Shown one piece after another: positions 10,385-20,309 of a stretch of 64,000 bases of DNA. Made by a program: the position numbers and the translations under genes. How positions within the stretch are numbered: the first letter of the stretch is position 1; every line of letters starts with the position of its first letter. The notes under the pieces are model-generated. The model was not told the DNA's origin and made no database searches. It saw nothing but the letters and a program-made list of their open reading frames with translations. The stretch is from Candidatus Latescibacterota bacterium. GTDB lineage: Bacteria > Latescibacterota > UBA2968 > UBA8231. The DNA lies in assembly GCA_965261395.1 (NCBI GenBank), contig OZ253462.1, positions 2,880,001 through 2,944,000 of the forward strand, written 5' to 3'.

Positions 10385-12130
10385 ATGCTGACCAAACTTA
10401 CCATCCGCAACTTCAAACGCTTCGACAAGGTCGAGATCGAACTCGGGAGTCCAGTGGTCTTCATCGGCCCTAACAACTCCGGGAAGACCTCGGCCATGCA
10501 AGCGCTCGCTCTCTGGGACCTCGGCCTCAAGCGCTGGAACGAGAAGCGATCCGGGAAGAGTACACCCGAGAAGCGCCCCGGAGTCACCGTCAACCGCCGC
10601 GACCTCGTGGCCATTCCGATTCCAGACGCGAACCTCCTGTGGCGCGGTCTGCACGTGCGAGACGTGCGCAGAGTCGATGGCCAGCAGCGCACCAGCAACA
10701 TCCGCATTGATCTCATCGTCGAAGGTGTGACCAATGACCAAAGCTGGACGTGTGGACTGGAGTTTGACTACGCCAACGACGAGTCCTTCTACTGCCGGCC
10801 GCTTCGCCGGTCCGACGGCAAGACCCCCGATCGCATGCCGGTGCCGGACGCAGCGGGAAGCGTCCAGATCGCTTTCCTGCCGCCGATGTCCGGGCTTGCG
10901 GCTACGGAAACACGTCTCGATGACGGTGCCGTCAATGTTCGGATCGGGGAAGGACGTACCGCCGAAGTGTTGCGCAACCTCTGCTTTCGGATTTGCGAAG
11001 GACAGCCGTCCTTGTGGAACAAACTCGTTAAGCAGATTGAGAGCCTGTTCGGATCGAAACTCCGTCCGCCACGCTACATTGCCGAACGCGGCGAGATCGC
11101 AATGACCTATCACGAGCAGGGTGCTGAACTCGATTTGTCGTCCGCTGGGCGCGGTCTGCAGCAGACGCTGCTCCTCCTTGCATATATGTACGCGAATCCC
11201 GGGACCGTCTTGCTCCTAGACGAACCTGACGCGCACCTAGAGATACTTCGCCAGCGCCAGATATACCGCCTGCTCACCGATGTGGCGCGTGCCAGCGGCA
11301 GCCAGATCATCGCCGCCAGCCACTCCGAAGTGCTGCTCAACGAAGCCGCGGACCGGGACTTGGTCGTTGCCTTCGTCGGACAGCCGCACCGCATCAACGA
11401 CCGCGGCAGTCAGGTCTTGAAGGCGCTCAGGGAGATCGGATTCGACCAGTATTACCAAGCGGAACAGACCGGCTGGGTGCTCTATCTAGAGGGTTCAACG
11501 GATCTAGCGATAATGCAAGCTTTTGCTAGACGGCTCAGACACGAACGTGCGATCGAGGTGCTTGGGCGGCCATTCGTGAAATACGTGGGGAATCAACTCA
11601 CAGCAGTTCAGAACCACTACTACGGCCTGCGGGAAGCTCTTCCCGCGCTTCGCGGAGTCGTCCTTTTTGATCGCCTCGAATCAGGGCCACTCGATATCTC
11701 CCCGGTCGAGTGTCTGATCTGGAAACACCGAGAGATTGAGAACTACGTCTGCTCGCGGGCCACACTCGAAGAGTACGCGTCTGCATCGGCGTCGTCGTCG
11801 GAGGATGCTGCGTCGGGACCACTGTTCGCGGTGGCCGAAGTAGAGAAGCGTCAGAACGCGATGGGCCAAGCCATTAAGGAAGTAGAGTCGGCCTTAAAGA
11901 CGCTTGGCAAGGGATCTCCTTGGAGTGCCGACATCAAAGCCAGCGATGATTTTCTGATCCCGCTCTTCAAGTCCTACTTCGAGGCGCTCGGCTTACCCAA
12001 TCTGATGGCCAAGAAAAATTTCTACGAGTTGGCTGAGCACGTCCCCGACAGCGAGATTAATCCCGAGATTAGCGAGAAACTGGACGCGATCGTGCGGGTC
12101 GCGGAGCGCGCGACGCCTGCGGAAGAATAG
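10385..12130 (+). CDS. ABC-type AAA ATPase fused to a Toprim-like domain (OLD-family/PARIS-fusion-like candidate defence nuclease)
   Basis: IRNFKRF, Walker A GPNNSGKT, signature LSSAGRG, Walker B LLLDEPDAH, H-loop ASHS, Toprim YLEGSTD, REIENY. Confidence 0.8.
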   Translation: MLTKLTIRNFKRFDKVEIELGSPVVFIGPNNSGKTSAMQALALWDLGLKRWNEKRSGKSTPEKRPGVTVNRRDLVAIPIPDANLLWRGLHVRDVRRVDGQQRTSNIRIDLIVEGVTNDQSWTCGLEFDYANDESFYCRPLRRSDGKTPDRMPVPDAAGSVQIAFLPPMSGLAATETRLDDGAVNVRIGEGRTAEVLRNLCFRICEGQPSLWNKLVKQIESLFGSKLRPPRYIAERGEIAMTYHEQGAELDLSSAGRGLQQTLLLLAYMYANPGTVLLLDEPDAHLEILRQRQIYRLLTDVARASGSQIIAASHSEVLLNEAADRDLVVAFVGQPHRINDRGSQVLKALREIGFDQYYQAEQTGWVLYLEGSTDLAIMQAFARRLRHERAIEVLGRPFVKYVGNQLTAVQNHYYGLREALPALRGVVLFDRLESGPLDISPVECLIWKHREIENYVCSRATLEEYASASASSSEDAASGPLFAVAEVEKRQNAMGQAIKEVESALKTLGKGSPWSADIKASDDFLIPLFKSYFEALGLPNLMAKKNFYELAEHVPDSEINPEISEKLDAIVRVAERATPAEE

Positions 12131-12132
12131 GA

Positions 12133-12174
12133 TTGATCCTCAACGCTCTCCGTCTCGCCAACTTCAAAGCCTAC
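12133..12174 (+). pseudogene. 5' stub of a second AAA/ABC ATPase gene
   Basis: TTG-ILNALRLANFKAY directly after the stop of the upstream ATPase, parallel to its MLTKLTIRNFKRF start. Confidence 0.5.
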
Positions 12175-12283
12175 CAATTACATAGACGGTTTAGCATCCC
12201 GAGAGAATTTCGTCGTTTTATTTTGTCAGAAATCGGCGATATTCAAGCCTTGCTGCTTGGTGGGTCGGGAAGCGGCGTGGTGA

Positions 12284-12312
12284 TTGCGAGAGGATTGGCT
12301 ATTGTATAGTAT
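12284..12312 (+). promoter_or_regulatory. possible sigma70-type promoter for amtB
   Basis: TTGCGA-17 nt-TAGTAT in an AT-rich patch ~50 bp upstream of the RBS and ATG at 12360. Confidence 0.35.
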
Positions 12313-12359
12313 AAAACTGATTAAAGTAGTATATGCTCGATCAATGGAGGGAGATCGAC

Positions 12360-13745
12360 ATGGTTAGAAATTTGAGGGGCAACGCATTGCGGGTGGGCGG
12401 ATTTATTGTGGCCGGTGGCCTCCTAATGGGGGCGACCGGGGCCTATGCCGCGAGCGGCGAAGAACTGCAATTCATCCTCAACACCTTCTCGTTTCTTATC
12501 TGGGGCGCGCTCGTAATGTGGATGTGCGCGGGCTTTACCATGCTCGAAGCCGGCTCCGTGCGCACCAAGAATGCCTCCATGATCTGCCTCAAGAACATCG
12601 GACTTTATTCGATTGCCGGGATCACCTACTACTTGGTCGGCTACAACCTCATGTACGTCGATGTGCAGGAAGGCTGGGTCGGCACCCTCAAGTTTTTATA
12701 CGGGCCTTCGGGCGATGAACTCAAGCTATTGTCCGGGCAGGCGGCGGCCGCGGCAGAAGTGACAAAGGCCGGCCACGCCACCATGTCGGATTGGTTTTTT
12801 CAGATGGTCTTTGTGGCGACGACCGCTTCTATTGTGTCGGGTACGCTGGCCGAGCGGGTGAATCTATGGGCGTTTTTTGCTTTTACAGCCGTGTTGACGA
12901 TAATCATCTATCCCATCGTCGGGGCTTGGACTTGGGGCGGTGGCTGGCTCAGTGCAATGGGGTTTAAGGATTTCGCCGGCTCTACCATCGTGCATTCGAC
13001 CGGAGGTTGGGCCGCGCTCGCCGGCGCGCTCGTCGTTGGGGCGCGGTTCGGAAAATTTCGCGCCGACGGCAGCATCAAGCCCACGCCGCCTTCTAACGTC
13101 CCAGCCGTTACTTTGGGCGTCTTCATTTTGTGGCTTGGATGGTTTGGCTTCAACGGCGGCTCGCAGCTCGCGCTGTCGGGCGCAGCCGATGCAGTCGCCA
13201 TGAGCAATGTGCTGGTGAATACCAACCTTGCGGCGGCGGCCGGCGTCATGGCTGCGCTCTTCTTATCGCGGCCCCTCCTCGGGCGCATCGATTTGCTCGC
13301 CGTCCTCAACGGCGCGCTCGCCGGCCTCGTCTCTATTACAGCCGGGCCAGATATCGTCGATCACTACTGGGCGCTCGTAATTGGTGCCGTGGGCAGCGTG
13401 TTGTGCGTCGGCGGGATGAGATTGTTGGAGGTTCTTAAGATAGACGACATTGTAGGCGCGATCCCGGTCCACTTGTTCGCCGGCATCTGGGGCACCCTTG
13501 CAGTCTGCATTGCAGCCGGTGGCAACTTCGGCGTCCAACTCATCGGGGTGTTGGCAGTGGGGGCGTTCGCGTTTGCGGCTTCGTGGCTCTCGTGGTTCGT
13601 TCTGGGCAAGATAATGGAGGTGCGGGTGTCACAGATCGTTGAAGAGCTCGGCCAGGATACTGCAGAGCTCGGAATCGAAGCGTACCCCGAGTTTGTGCTC
13701 ATGCCCGATCAGGATGACGTTGACCAGGTTCGGGGTAATTCTTAA
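12360..13745 (+). CDS. amtB: ammonium transporter
   Basis: GFTMLEAG, FFQMVF, DFAGSTIVHSTGG, WFGFNGGS, NGALAGLV, DDIVGAIPVH (twin His intact). Confidence 0.96.
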   Translation: MVRNLRGNALRVGGFIVAGGLLMGATGAYAASGEELQFILNTFSFLIWGALVMWMCAGFTMLEAGSVRTKNASMICLKNIGLYSIAGITYYLVGYNLMYVDVQEGWVGTLKFLYGPSGDELKLLSGQAAAAAEVTKAGHATMSDWFFQMVFVATTASIVSGTLAERVNLWAFFAFTAVLTIIIYPIVGAWTWGGGWLSAMGFKDFAGSTIVHSTGGWAALAGALVVGARFGKFRADGSIKPTPPSNVPAVTLGVFILWLGWFGFNGGSQLALSGAADAVAMSNVLVNTNLAAAAGVMAALFLSRPLLGRIDLLAVLNGALAGLVSITAGPDIVDHYWALVIGAVGSVLCVGGMRLLEVLKIDDIVGAIPVHLFAGIWGTLAVCIAAGGNFGVQLIGVLAVGAFAFAASWLSWFVLGKIMEVRVSQIVEELGQDTAELGIEAYPEFVLMPDQDDVDQVRGNS

Positions 13746-13790
13746 ATCAAATAAAAACGGTGCATACCATTTAGAAAGGTAGGAGATCAA

Positions 13791-14120
13791 GTGAACACCG
13801 AACGGAAGGACGGCGTATTAATCGCCAAGCCCGAAGGTCGCATTGATGGAGTCAATGCCCGCGACTTCCACGATGCCTTAAGCGAGGCGATCGGCGCGGA
13901 CAGCAACCCGGTGCTCGTCGATTTGGCGGCCATCAACTACATCAGCAGCGCGGGCCTGCGGACGTTCCTGCTGATTGCCAAAACGCTCCAGCAGCGCAGT
14001 GCTCAGTTCGCGCTATGCTCGCTTTCGGAGCCGATACGGGAAATCTTCGAAATCAGCGGTTTTGACAAGATCATTGCGATCCACGCCTCCGAAGAAGAGG
14101 CACTCGCCGCACTGTCGTAA
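13791..14120 (+). CDS. STAS-domain anti-sigma factor antagonist (RsbV/SpoIIAA-like)
   Basis: VDLAAINYISSAGLR phospho-Ser motif, IFEISGF. Confidence 0.92.
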   Translation: MNTERKDGVLIAKPEGRIDGVNARDFHDALSEAIGADSNPVLVDLAAINYISSAGLRTFLLIAKTLQQRSAQFALCSLSEPIREIFEISGFDKIIAIHASEEEALAALS

Positions 14121-16364
14121 TTAAACGGAAGAGTCTGGATCGGCTTCGGCCGATTGCAAGGCCGTCGGCCGCACCGTAGGCAGCTCGATGGTCATCTCGG
14201 TAAATTCTCCAGGCTCGGAGTGGACCTTGATGGTGCCCCCGTGTTCGCGCACGATGTCGTTGGATAGCGCGAGCCCGAGCCCGGTCCCCTGATCGGTTGG
14301 CTTAGTCGTAAAGAACGGGTTGAAGATCTTGTCGACGACATCCGGCGGGATTCCTTTCCCATTGTCGCGGATGCGGATTTCGGCTTGGTCGGGCATTCGC
14401 CGGGTGCTGATCCAGAGCGTGGGTTCGTAGTCGGATGCCGTCTCTGGAGCCTGTCGCTTTTCGTTGGTGGCGTAGCAGGCATTGCTCACCATGTTCAGAA
14501 AGACGCGAGCCAAGTCCTGGGGGATCACTTCTAACTCCCCCATCTCCTCATCTAAATCTTCCTTGATATCAAGCTGAAAATCTGCATTGGTCGCTCGGGC
14601 GCTGTGGAAAGCGAGGCGGGCGTGTTCTTCGAGCAGGTCGTTGATATCCGCGGGTCGTGCCTCGCCCGACCCCCGACCCATCTGCAGCATGTCGCGGACA
14701 ATGCGGTTGGCGCGCTCGCCGTGTTGGCGGATGCGCCCGAGATTGTCGGTCAAGTCGCCGTTGATTTCGTTGATTAGCTCGCGCTGCTCCTCGTTTAGCG
14801 TCTGGCCGTCTTGCTCTAGTACCTCTTGTAGCTCCTCTAACAGTTCCTCCGAGACTTCCGCGAAGTTCTTGACGAAGTTCAAAGGATTCTGGATTTCGTG
14901 CGCCACGCCCGCGGTGAGCTCGCCCAGGGCGGCTAGTTTTTCGCGCATGACGATCTGATCCTGCGCTAGCTGCAGATCGGCGAGCACCTTTTCGAGCGTG
15001 GCATTTTTCTCTTCCAAATCGGCGGCCAGTTTTTCCACCAAGTTGAGCCGCTGGGCCTCCAAAGAGTTGCGGCGAAAGATTTCGAGGGCCGCGGCCATGT
15101 CGGCAACCTCGTCGCGCCCGGGCATCTCGATCTTCGCCTCTAGGTCGCCTCCCGCCATGCGGCGCATGCGGTTCGACAGAAATTCGAGGCGGCGTAGTAA
15201 CACCCGGCCGACCAACAGCCAAGCGATCAGGACCGCTCCGGCGATGCCGACCGCGTTAATAGCGAGCAGGAGCTTGCGGCCGGTGAAGATGGCTTGGGTG
15301 GAGGTTTGCGTGGCCTCCTGCGCGCTGGCTCGGGCCGTATTCACTAGGCCCTCGACCTCGGCGACTAGCTCAATGGACAAATCGCGATTGTGGTCGAGTA
15401 GTGCTCGTTGCTGTTCGACAATCTGGAGCTCCAAGGCGCGCAGAGCGAAGATCTTCTCGTCCCCACGACCCAAGTCGAACAGGCGGTCAAAGGTCGGGTC
15501 GAGCTCGCTATGCAAGTAGGCGCGCTCGATGCGGAAGCCAACTTTGGGCATCTGGCGGTCAAAGGTCGGGTCGAGCGTGCTGTGCAAGGGGCCTGAGCCG
15601 AGCGCGGCGAGTTTTCGTTCGATGCCGTCGACTGTGGAGTCGAAGCGCTCCTGTAAAGGCTCTAGCAGGCGCGCGTCCGACAGGTTGAAGACATTGGTCA
15701 GCAGGCGCGTGGCCGTAGTGGTCCCTTCCTGCAACTCGGCTAGATCGCGATAGAGAGAAAGTTCGGCCTCTGAAAGGTGCTGGGCGCGGGGTGCGGGCGG
15801 TTCGCCGAGGGTGCGGTAGCCGGTCATTGCGTAGAATAGTTGATCGTCGATGGCCGGAATCAAGATGCCGATCAGTTCGTTTTGCAGTGCTTCTAGGTTG
15901 TTGTACAATACGCGGCTGCGCGCGTTGAGGTCAAAGCGCTTGGACACCGAAGCCTCAATCGCGTTGATGTTGGCGATGAGGGTGTCGCCGCGAGCGCGAA
16001 TCCGCACAAAGCGTTCCTCGGCTGCGCCCTGCTGGGTCAGGGCCGACAATTGCTTTTTAAAGTCATCCCGCTCGGCGGCGACTTTGGCGGCGACCTCGGC
16101 AAAGGCCATCGGCGTCTCGGCCGCGACCAAGCGCGGGGCTGCCGCGGCGAGGGTGCCGCTTTGCTGGGCGACCGCAAAAGCGGTGGCGATCTCTGGTACG
16201 GCCCGCTCGTTTACCTGCCTTTGGGCATCGCCGACTTGGTCGAAGGAAAACCAAGCCACCAAACTCGCGACCATGGTGAGGGCCACGGCCGTGCCGATGC
16301 CCATGTAGAGATGAAAGGCGATGCGGTGACGAGCTGCGAGCGCGCGTTTTAGCAGGGAGATCAC
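14121..16364 (-). CDS. membrane sensor histidine kinase (large helical periplasmic domain, HAMP, HisKA, HATPase)
   Basis: Two TM segments, HAMP GRDEVADMA, AHEIQNPLN, DNGKGI, FNPFFTTK, GTGLGL. Confidence 0.93.
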   Translation of the reverse strand: MISLLKRALAARHRIAFHLYMGIGTAVALTMVASLVAWFSFDQVGDAQRQVNERAVPEIATAFAVAQQSGTLAAAAPRLVAAETPMAFAEVAAKVAAERDDFKKQLSALTQQGAAEERFVRIRARGDTLIANINAIEASVSKRFDLNARSRVLYNNLEALQNELIGILIPAIDDQLFYAMTGYRTLGEPPAPRAQHLSEAELSLYRDLAELQEGTTTATRLLTNVFNLSDARLLEPLQERFDSTVDGIERKLAALGSGPLHSTLDPTFDRQMPKVGFRIERAYLHSELDPTFDRLFDLGRGDEKIFALRALELQIVEQQRALLDHNRDLSIELVAEVEGLVNTARASAQEATQTSTQAIFTGRKLLLAINAVGIAGAVLIAWLLVGRVLLRRLEFLSNRMRRMAGGDLEAKIEMPGRDEVADMAAALEIFRRNSLEAQRLNLVEKLAADLEEKNATLEKVLADLQLAQDQIVMREKLAALGELTAGVAHEIQNPLNFVKNFAEVSEELLEELQEVLEQDGQTLNEEQRELINEINGDLTDNLGRIRQHGERANRIVRDMLQMGRGSGEARPADINDLLEEHARLAFHSARATNADFQLDIKEDLDEEMGELEVIPQDLARVFLNMVSNACYATNEKRQAPETASDYEPTLWISTRRMPDQAEIRIRDNGKGIPPDVVDKIFNPFFTTKPTDQGTGLGLALSNDIVREHGGTIKVHSEPGEFTEMTIELPTVRPTALQSAEADPDSSV

Positions 16365-17530
16365 GGCTTCGTCGCGCTCTTCAAGGAGCGGATGGGGCGG
16401 TATTGACCGTCGCTGTCGAGCACGGTGAGGAAAACAGCGTCCGAACCCTGATTATCGCCGTCTCCGTAGCGGAGCTCGAACCCATCTAGGTCGATGACCT
16501 CGGCGCGGCGCAAGTTGTCTAATAGGCAGGCGCGACTGACCGCCCGGCCGCAGCCGGTGAGGGCGGCGACGGCCAAGCGACCAGCTAGGTAGCCCTCGAA
16601 TGAGACGAAACTAGGCTCTGCCCTCGGGGCGTAAGCTGCGAGGGCACGGCGGTACGAGCCGACTATGGCTGGTTCGCTGGCCGTGGGGAAGGGCACGACC
16701 TGCGAGACTATGACCCCTGTGCCGGCGGGGCCGAGTTCCCGCGCCAATGCTTTACTACCTACGAATGAGATGGTCGCAAAGATGGGGTTGAAACTCGTCG
16801 CTTGCGCCCAGGCGATTAAGGTTGCGACCGGCTGGTAGGTCCCGATCAAAATCACGGCTTGGGGACGGCCGTTGCGCAGATCGAGCAGGGCCGTCTTCAC
16901 CGCCTTGGTGTTGCGCGGATACACGCCGACCGCCACGAGGGATAATGCGCGACGTTCTAGCGCGCGGCGCACGCCGTGAAACCCCTCCCGGCCGAAGGAG
17001 TCGTCTTGGTACATTATGGCAATGCGCTCAATGCCCAAGTCGTCGGTCAGGCGAGCGACGAGTTCCTCGGTTTCCTGATAGTAGGAGGCGCGTAGGTTGA
17101 CTACGCCGCGCCACTTGGGGTCGCGGAGAAAATTACTGCCCGTAAAGGGAGCGATGTAGGGGACGCCAGCATCTTCGGCGATGGGAACGGCTGCGCGCGA
17201 GGTTGGGGTGCCAACGGCACCGATCAGCGCGAAGACCCGCTCGCCTTCGATCAACTGGCGGGTGTTGTCGATGGCGGCCTCCGGCTCGTACCCGTCGTCG
17301 AGCGACACCAATTCGAGCCGGCGCCCGTGGACTCCGCCCTGCTCATTCACCTCCCGGAAGGCCGTCTGCATCCCGAGCCGCATGTTCCGGCCCAACTCCT
17401 GAACTGGTCCGCTAAAGGCGGCGGATTGGCCAAAGAGGATACTCCGGTCGGAGACGCCGGGCTGTTCCTCGCCAAGCGCGGTACCCGCAACCAGCAGCAC
17501 GGCCGCGCATTGAGCAAGGGTGCTACTCAA
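16361..17530 (-). CDS. periplasmic substrate-binding protein (Leu/Ile/Val-type fold)
   Basis: Signal peptide, GQSAAFSGP, NEQGGVHGRRL, DDGYEP, LRASY; no permease genes nearby. Confidence 0.88.
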   Translation of the reverse strand: MSSTLAQCAAVLLVAGTALGEEQPGVSDRSILFGQSAAFSGPVQELGRNMRLGMQTAFREVNEQGGVHGRRLELVSLDDGYEPEAAIDNTRQLIEGERVFALIGAVGTPTSRAAVPIAEDAGVPYIAPFTGSNFLRDPKWRGVVNLRASYYQETEELVARLTDDLGIERIAIMYQDDSFGREGFHGVRRALERRALSLVAVGVYPRNTKAVKTALLDLRNGRPQAVILIGTYQPVATLIAWAQATSFNPIFATISFVGSKALARELGPAGTGVIVSQVVPFPTASEPAIVGSYRRALAAYAPRAEPSFVSFEGYLAGRLAVAALTGCGRAVSRACLLDNLRRAEVIDLDGFELRYGDGDNQGSDAVFLTVLDSDGQYRPIRSLKSATKP

Positions 17531-17949
17531 CTATCCCTCCGCTTGACCAAGGTCAGGCAGTTCTTGTCTTGCTGTCGCTGGTAGTGGACCTCGTCCATCA
17601 TGGTGCGCACGAGGTGGATGCCGAGGCCGCCCACGGTGCGGTCCTCAACCGCGGCGTCCAAGTCCGGCTCTGGTGCGTCGCTGAGCGGATTGAAGGCGTG
17701 GCCGTCGTCCTCGATCTCGATTGTGATCGCCTCGTCCTCCGAGGAGATCACAATCGAGATTTCGTGGGCTTTGTCGTCGTCGTGCCCGTAATTGACGATG
17801 TTGACTCCCAATTCCTCGACGGCCAGCCCGATCTGAAAGGTGACGTCTGGAGACCAGTTTTCTTCCGCTGCGATCTCCTCAATGGCGGCATTGACCTTCT
17901 GCAGTTCGTCTAGGTCGGTCGCTATGAGCAGCGATCTTTGAGCGCTCAT
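17527..17949 (-). CDS. anti-sigma factor Ser/Thr kinase (RsbW-like)
   Basis: LAVEELGVNIVNYG, IEDDG..FNP, GGLGIHLV. Confidence 0.92.
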   Translation of the reverse strand: MSAQRSLLIATDLDELQKVNAAIEEIAAEENWSPDVTFQIGLAVEELGVNIVNYGHDDDKAHEISIVISSEDEAITIEIEDDGHAFNPLSDAPEPDLDAAVEDRTVGGLGIHLVRTMMDEVHYQRQQDKNCLTLVKRRDS

Positions 17950-19115
17950 TGGTCTGTCTCGCTGCGGCGAAGCGTCAGGCAGGTGACGTCGTCAAATTGA
18001 GGGGCCTCGCCGGCAAAGGCCTCGACCGCGTCAAAAACCGCCCCGTTGGTGGCGCGGGCATCCGTGGGTGCCCCGTTGGTGAAAACCTCGCATAGGCGTT
18101 CTAGCCCGAACTGGTCGCCGTGGTCGTTTTCGGCCTCGGTGACGCCGTCGGTGTATAAGACGACGCGGTCGCCGGGCTGTAGGGTCATTGTGCTTTCTTC
18201 GTAGGTGAAATCTGGCACCACGCCGAGTGCTATCCCGCCGGTCGGAGGAATCACGGTTGAGCTGCCGTCGGCGTGGACCACCAGCGGCGTATTGTGCCCG
18301 CCATTGGCATAGGTTAGCTCGCCGTTTTCTGGGTCGAAAGTCGCGTAAAAGACGGTCACGAACATGGCGGCGTCGTTTTCTTCTTGCAGCAGTTGGTTTA
18401 CTTCGCTCAACACCTTGCCCGGCGCGTCGAGACCGATGGCCGCGCCCTTCAGCAGGGTGCGGCTCGACATCATAAACAGGGCTGCCGGCACGCCCTTGTC
18501 CGAGACATCGGCGACGACGAGACCGATGCGGCCGTCTTCGAGGGATAAAACGTCGAAGAAGTCGCCGCCGACGTCGCGCGCGGGCTTCATGCTACCGAAG
18601 ATTTCAAAGCCCCGACCCGTGGGGAAACTGGTGGGCAAGATGGACTGCTGCATCTTGTTGGCCACGCTGAGTTCGTTTTGCAGGGCGACCAGTTTGTCGC
18701 GCGACTCCAGCGCCTCACGCCACAGCTCTAGATGGTGCAAGGTCCGCTGGATGGTCACCTTCATGTCCTCGAAGTCGATGGGCTTGGTGATGAAGTCAAA
18801 CGCGCCCCGGTTCATGGCCGTGCGGATGTTCTTCATGTCGCCGTATGCCGAGACGATGACCGAGCGGATGTTGGGGTCTACCTTGGGGATCTGATCAAGC
18901 AAGGTGAGCCCGTCCATCCGGGGCATGTTGATGTCCGTGAGCACCATGTCGATGTCTTGCTCTTCGTTCAGCACCTCTAGGGCTTCAACGCCGTTTTGGG
19001 CAAACATAAAGCTGTACTGGCCCGAGCGAATCTCGCGGCGCATGCGCTGTCGCACTAGGTGCTCGAGATCTGGCTCGTCGTCGACGACGAGGATCTTGGG
19101 TCGTAGTATTTGCAT
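17946..19115 (-). CDS. response regulator receiver + PP2C/SpoIIE phosphatase (RsbU-like)
   Basis: VVDDE, TDINMP, KP; VGGDFFD, ADVSDKG, YTDGVTE, DDVT. Confidence 0.94.
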   Translation of the reverse strand: MQILRPKILVVDDEPDLEHLVRQRMRREIRSGQYSFMFAQNGVEALEVLNEEQDIDMVLTDINMPRMDGLTLLDQIPKVDPNIRSVIVSAYGDMKNIRTAMNRGAFDFITKPIDFEDMKVTIQRTLHHLELWREALESRDKLVALQNELSVANKMQQSILPTSFPTGRGFEIFGSMKPARDVGGDFFDVLSLEDGRIGLVVADVSDKGVPAALFMMSSRTLLKGAAIGLDAPGKVLSEVNQLLQEENDAAMFVTVFYATFDPENGELTYANGGHNTPLVVHADGSSTVIPPTGGIALGVVPDFTYEESTMTLQPGDRVVLYTDGVTEAENDHGDQFGLERLCEVFTNGAPTDARATNGAVFDAVEAFAGEAPQFDDVTCLTLRRSETDQ

Positions 19116-19159
19116 CTCTTTCCACCAAGTTGGTTTAGCCTAATGCGGCTATTAAGCGG

Positions 19160-20287
19160 TTAATTTCCCGGCTCCACCACTACCTTCATGGCCTCTTCGC
19201 TGCCGGTGATGTCGAGGCCCTCGCGGATGTGGGACAGCGGCAGCCGGTGCGTGATAAAGCGATCCAAGGGCGCGGTGGTGCGGCGCAAGAAAGATAGCGC
19301 GGTCTTGAACTGCATGGAAGGATACGCCCACATGCCGCGGATGTCCAAATCCTTAAAACAGACGATGTGCGGGCGAATCTCCACTCCTCCTGGATCGGTG
19401 AAGTGCCCCACCTCCACGACAATGCCACCCCGGCGCACCAAGTCGAGCGATTCCTTGAAGGCTACGGGCACGCCGGCCGTTTCAATGACGATATCGGCCC
19501 CCACGCCTGCGGTCATGTCTTGGAGGGCTAGCTGCCGCTGCTCAGGGCTACCTTCACCCATCGCCAGCACTTGATGAGCGCCCATGGCGCGGGCGAGTTC
19601 CAACCGGGCCGCGCTCAGGTCGCCGGCGATAATCAGGTCGGTGCCGATGTGGCTCAGTACTGCCACCACGAGCTGACCGATGGGGCCGGCTCCGAGGACC
19701 AGCACGGATTTGTCGAGGCCCAGCCCTTCGCCGATGTGCGGGATGCCCGGGCCCAAGGCGCGCTCTACGGCCCGGGTGGCCACGGCTGCTGGCTCGGTGA
19801 GTACCGCCCGTTCCGAGGGCAGGTCGTCGGGAATCTTGAAGAGCCACGAGTGTCCTGTTAAATGCAGATATTCGGCAAAACCGCCGCGCGGCATGGGCGC
19901 GAGATCGGCGGACACGAATCCGTACACAAAGCGGTTGGAGCACAGGGTGGGTCGCTGAGGCATGTGCAGGCAGTAGTGGCATCGCCCGCAGGCCCGTGAC
20001 GAGGGCGTCGTGGTGACGCGGTCGCCCACCGCGACCGGGCCGCCCACTATGGCCAAGCTATCGGCTGCGGCCGGGCCCATCTCTTCGATGATGCCCACTA
20101 ATTCGTGGCCGGGTATCACGGGAAACGGCAGGGCCATATGGCCGGCGAACATGTGCTTATCGCTGCCGCAGATACCCGTGCGTTCGATCTTCAATAGGAC
20201 TTCGTCGTCCCCGATCTGGGGTTTGGGATACGAGTGTACGGCGATCTCGCCTGGGCCGGTCATAATCGCTGCCTGTATCTGACTCAT
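19160..20287 (-). CDS. zinc-binding alcohol dehydrogenase
   Basis: GICGSD, GHELVG, CGRCHYC..C, GAGPIG. Confidence 0.92.
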   Translation of the reverse strand: MSQIQAAIMTGPGEIAVHSYPKPQIGDDEVLLKIERTGICGSDKHMFAGHMALPFPVIPGHELVGIIEEMGPAAADSLAIVGGPVAVGDRVTTTPSSRACGRCHYCLHMPQRPTLCSNRFVYGFVSADLAPMPRGGFAEYLHLTGHSWLFKIPDDLPSERAVLTEPAAVATRAVERALGPGIPHIGEGLGLDKSVLVLGAGPIGQLVVAVLSHIGTDLIIAGDLSAARLELARAMGAHQVLAMGEGSPEQRQLALQDMTAGVGADIVIETAGVPVAFKESLDLVRRGGIVVEVGHFTDPGGVEIRPHIVCFKDLDIRGMWAYPSMQFKTALSFLRRTTAPLDRFITHRLPLSHIREGLDITGSEEAMKVVVEPGN

Positions 20288-20309
20288 GCTTTTCTTCTCC
20301 TATGCGATT

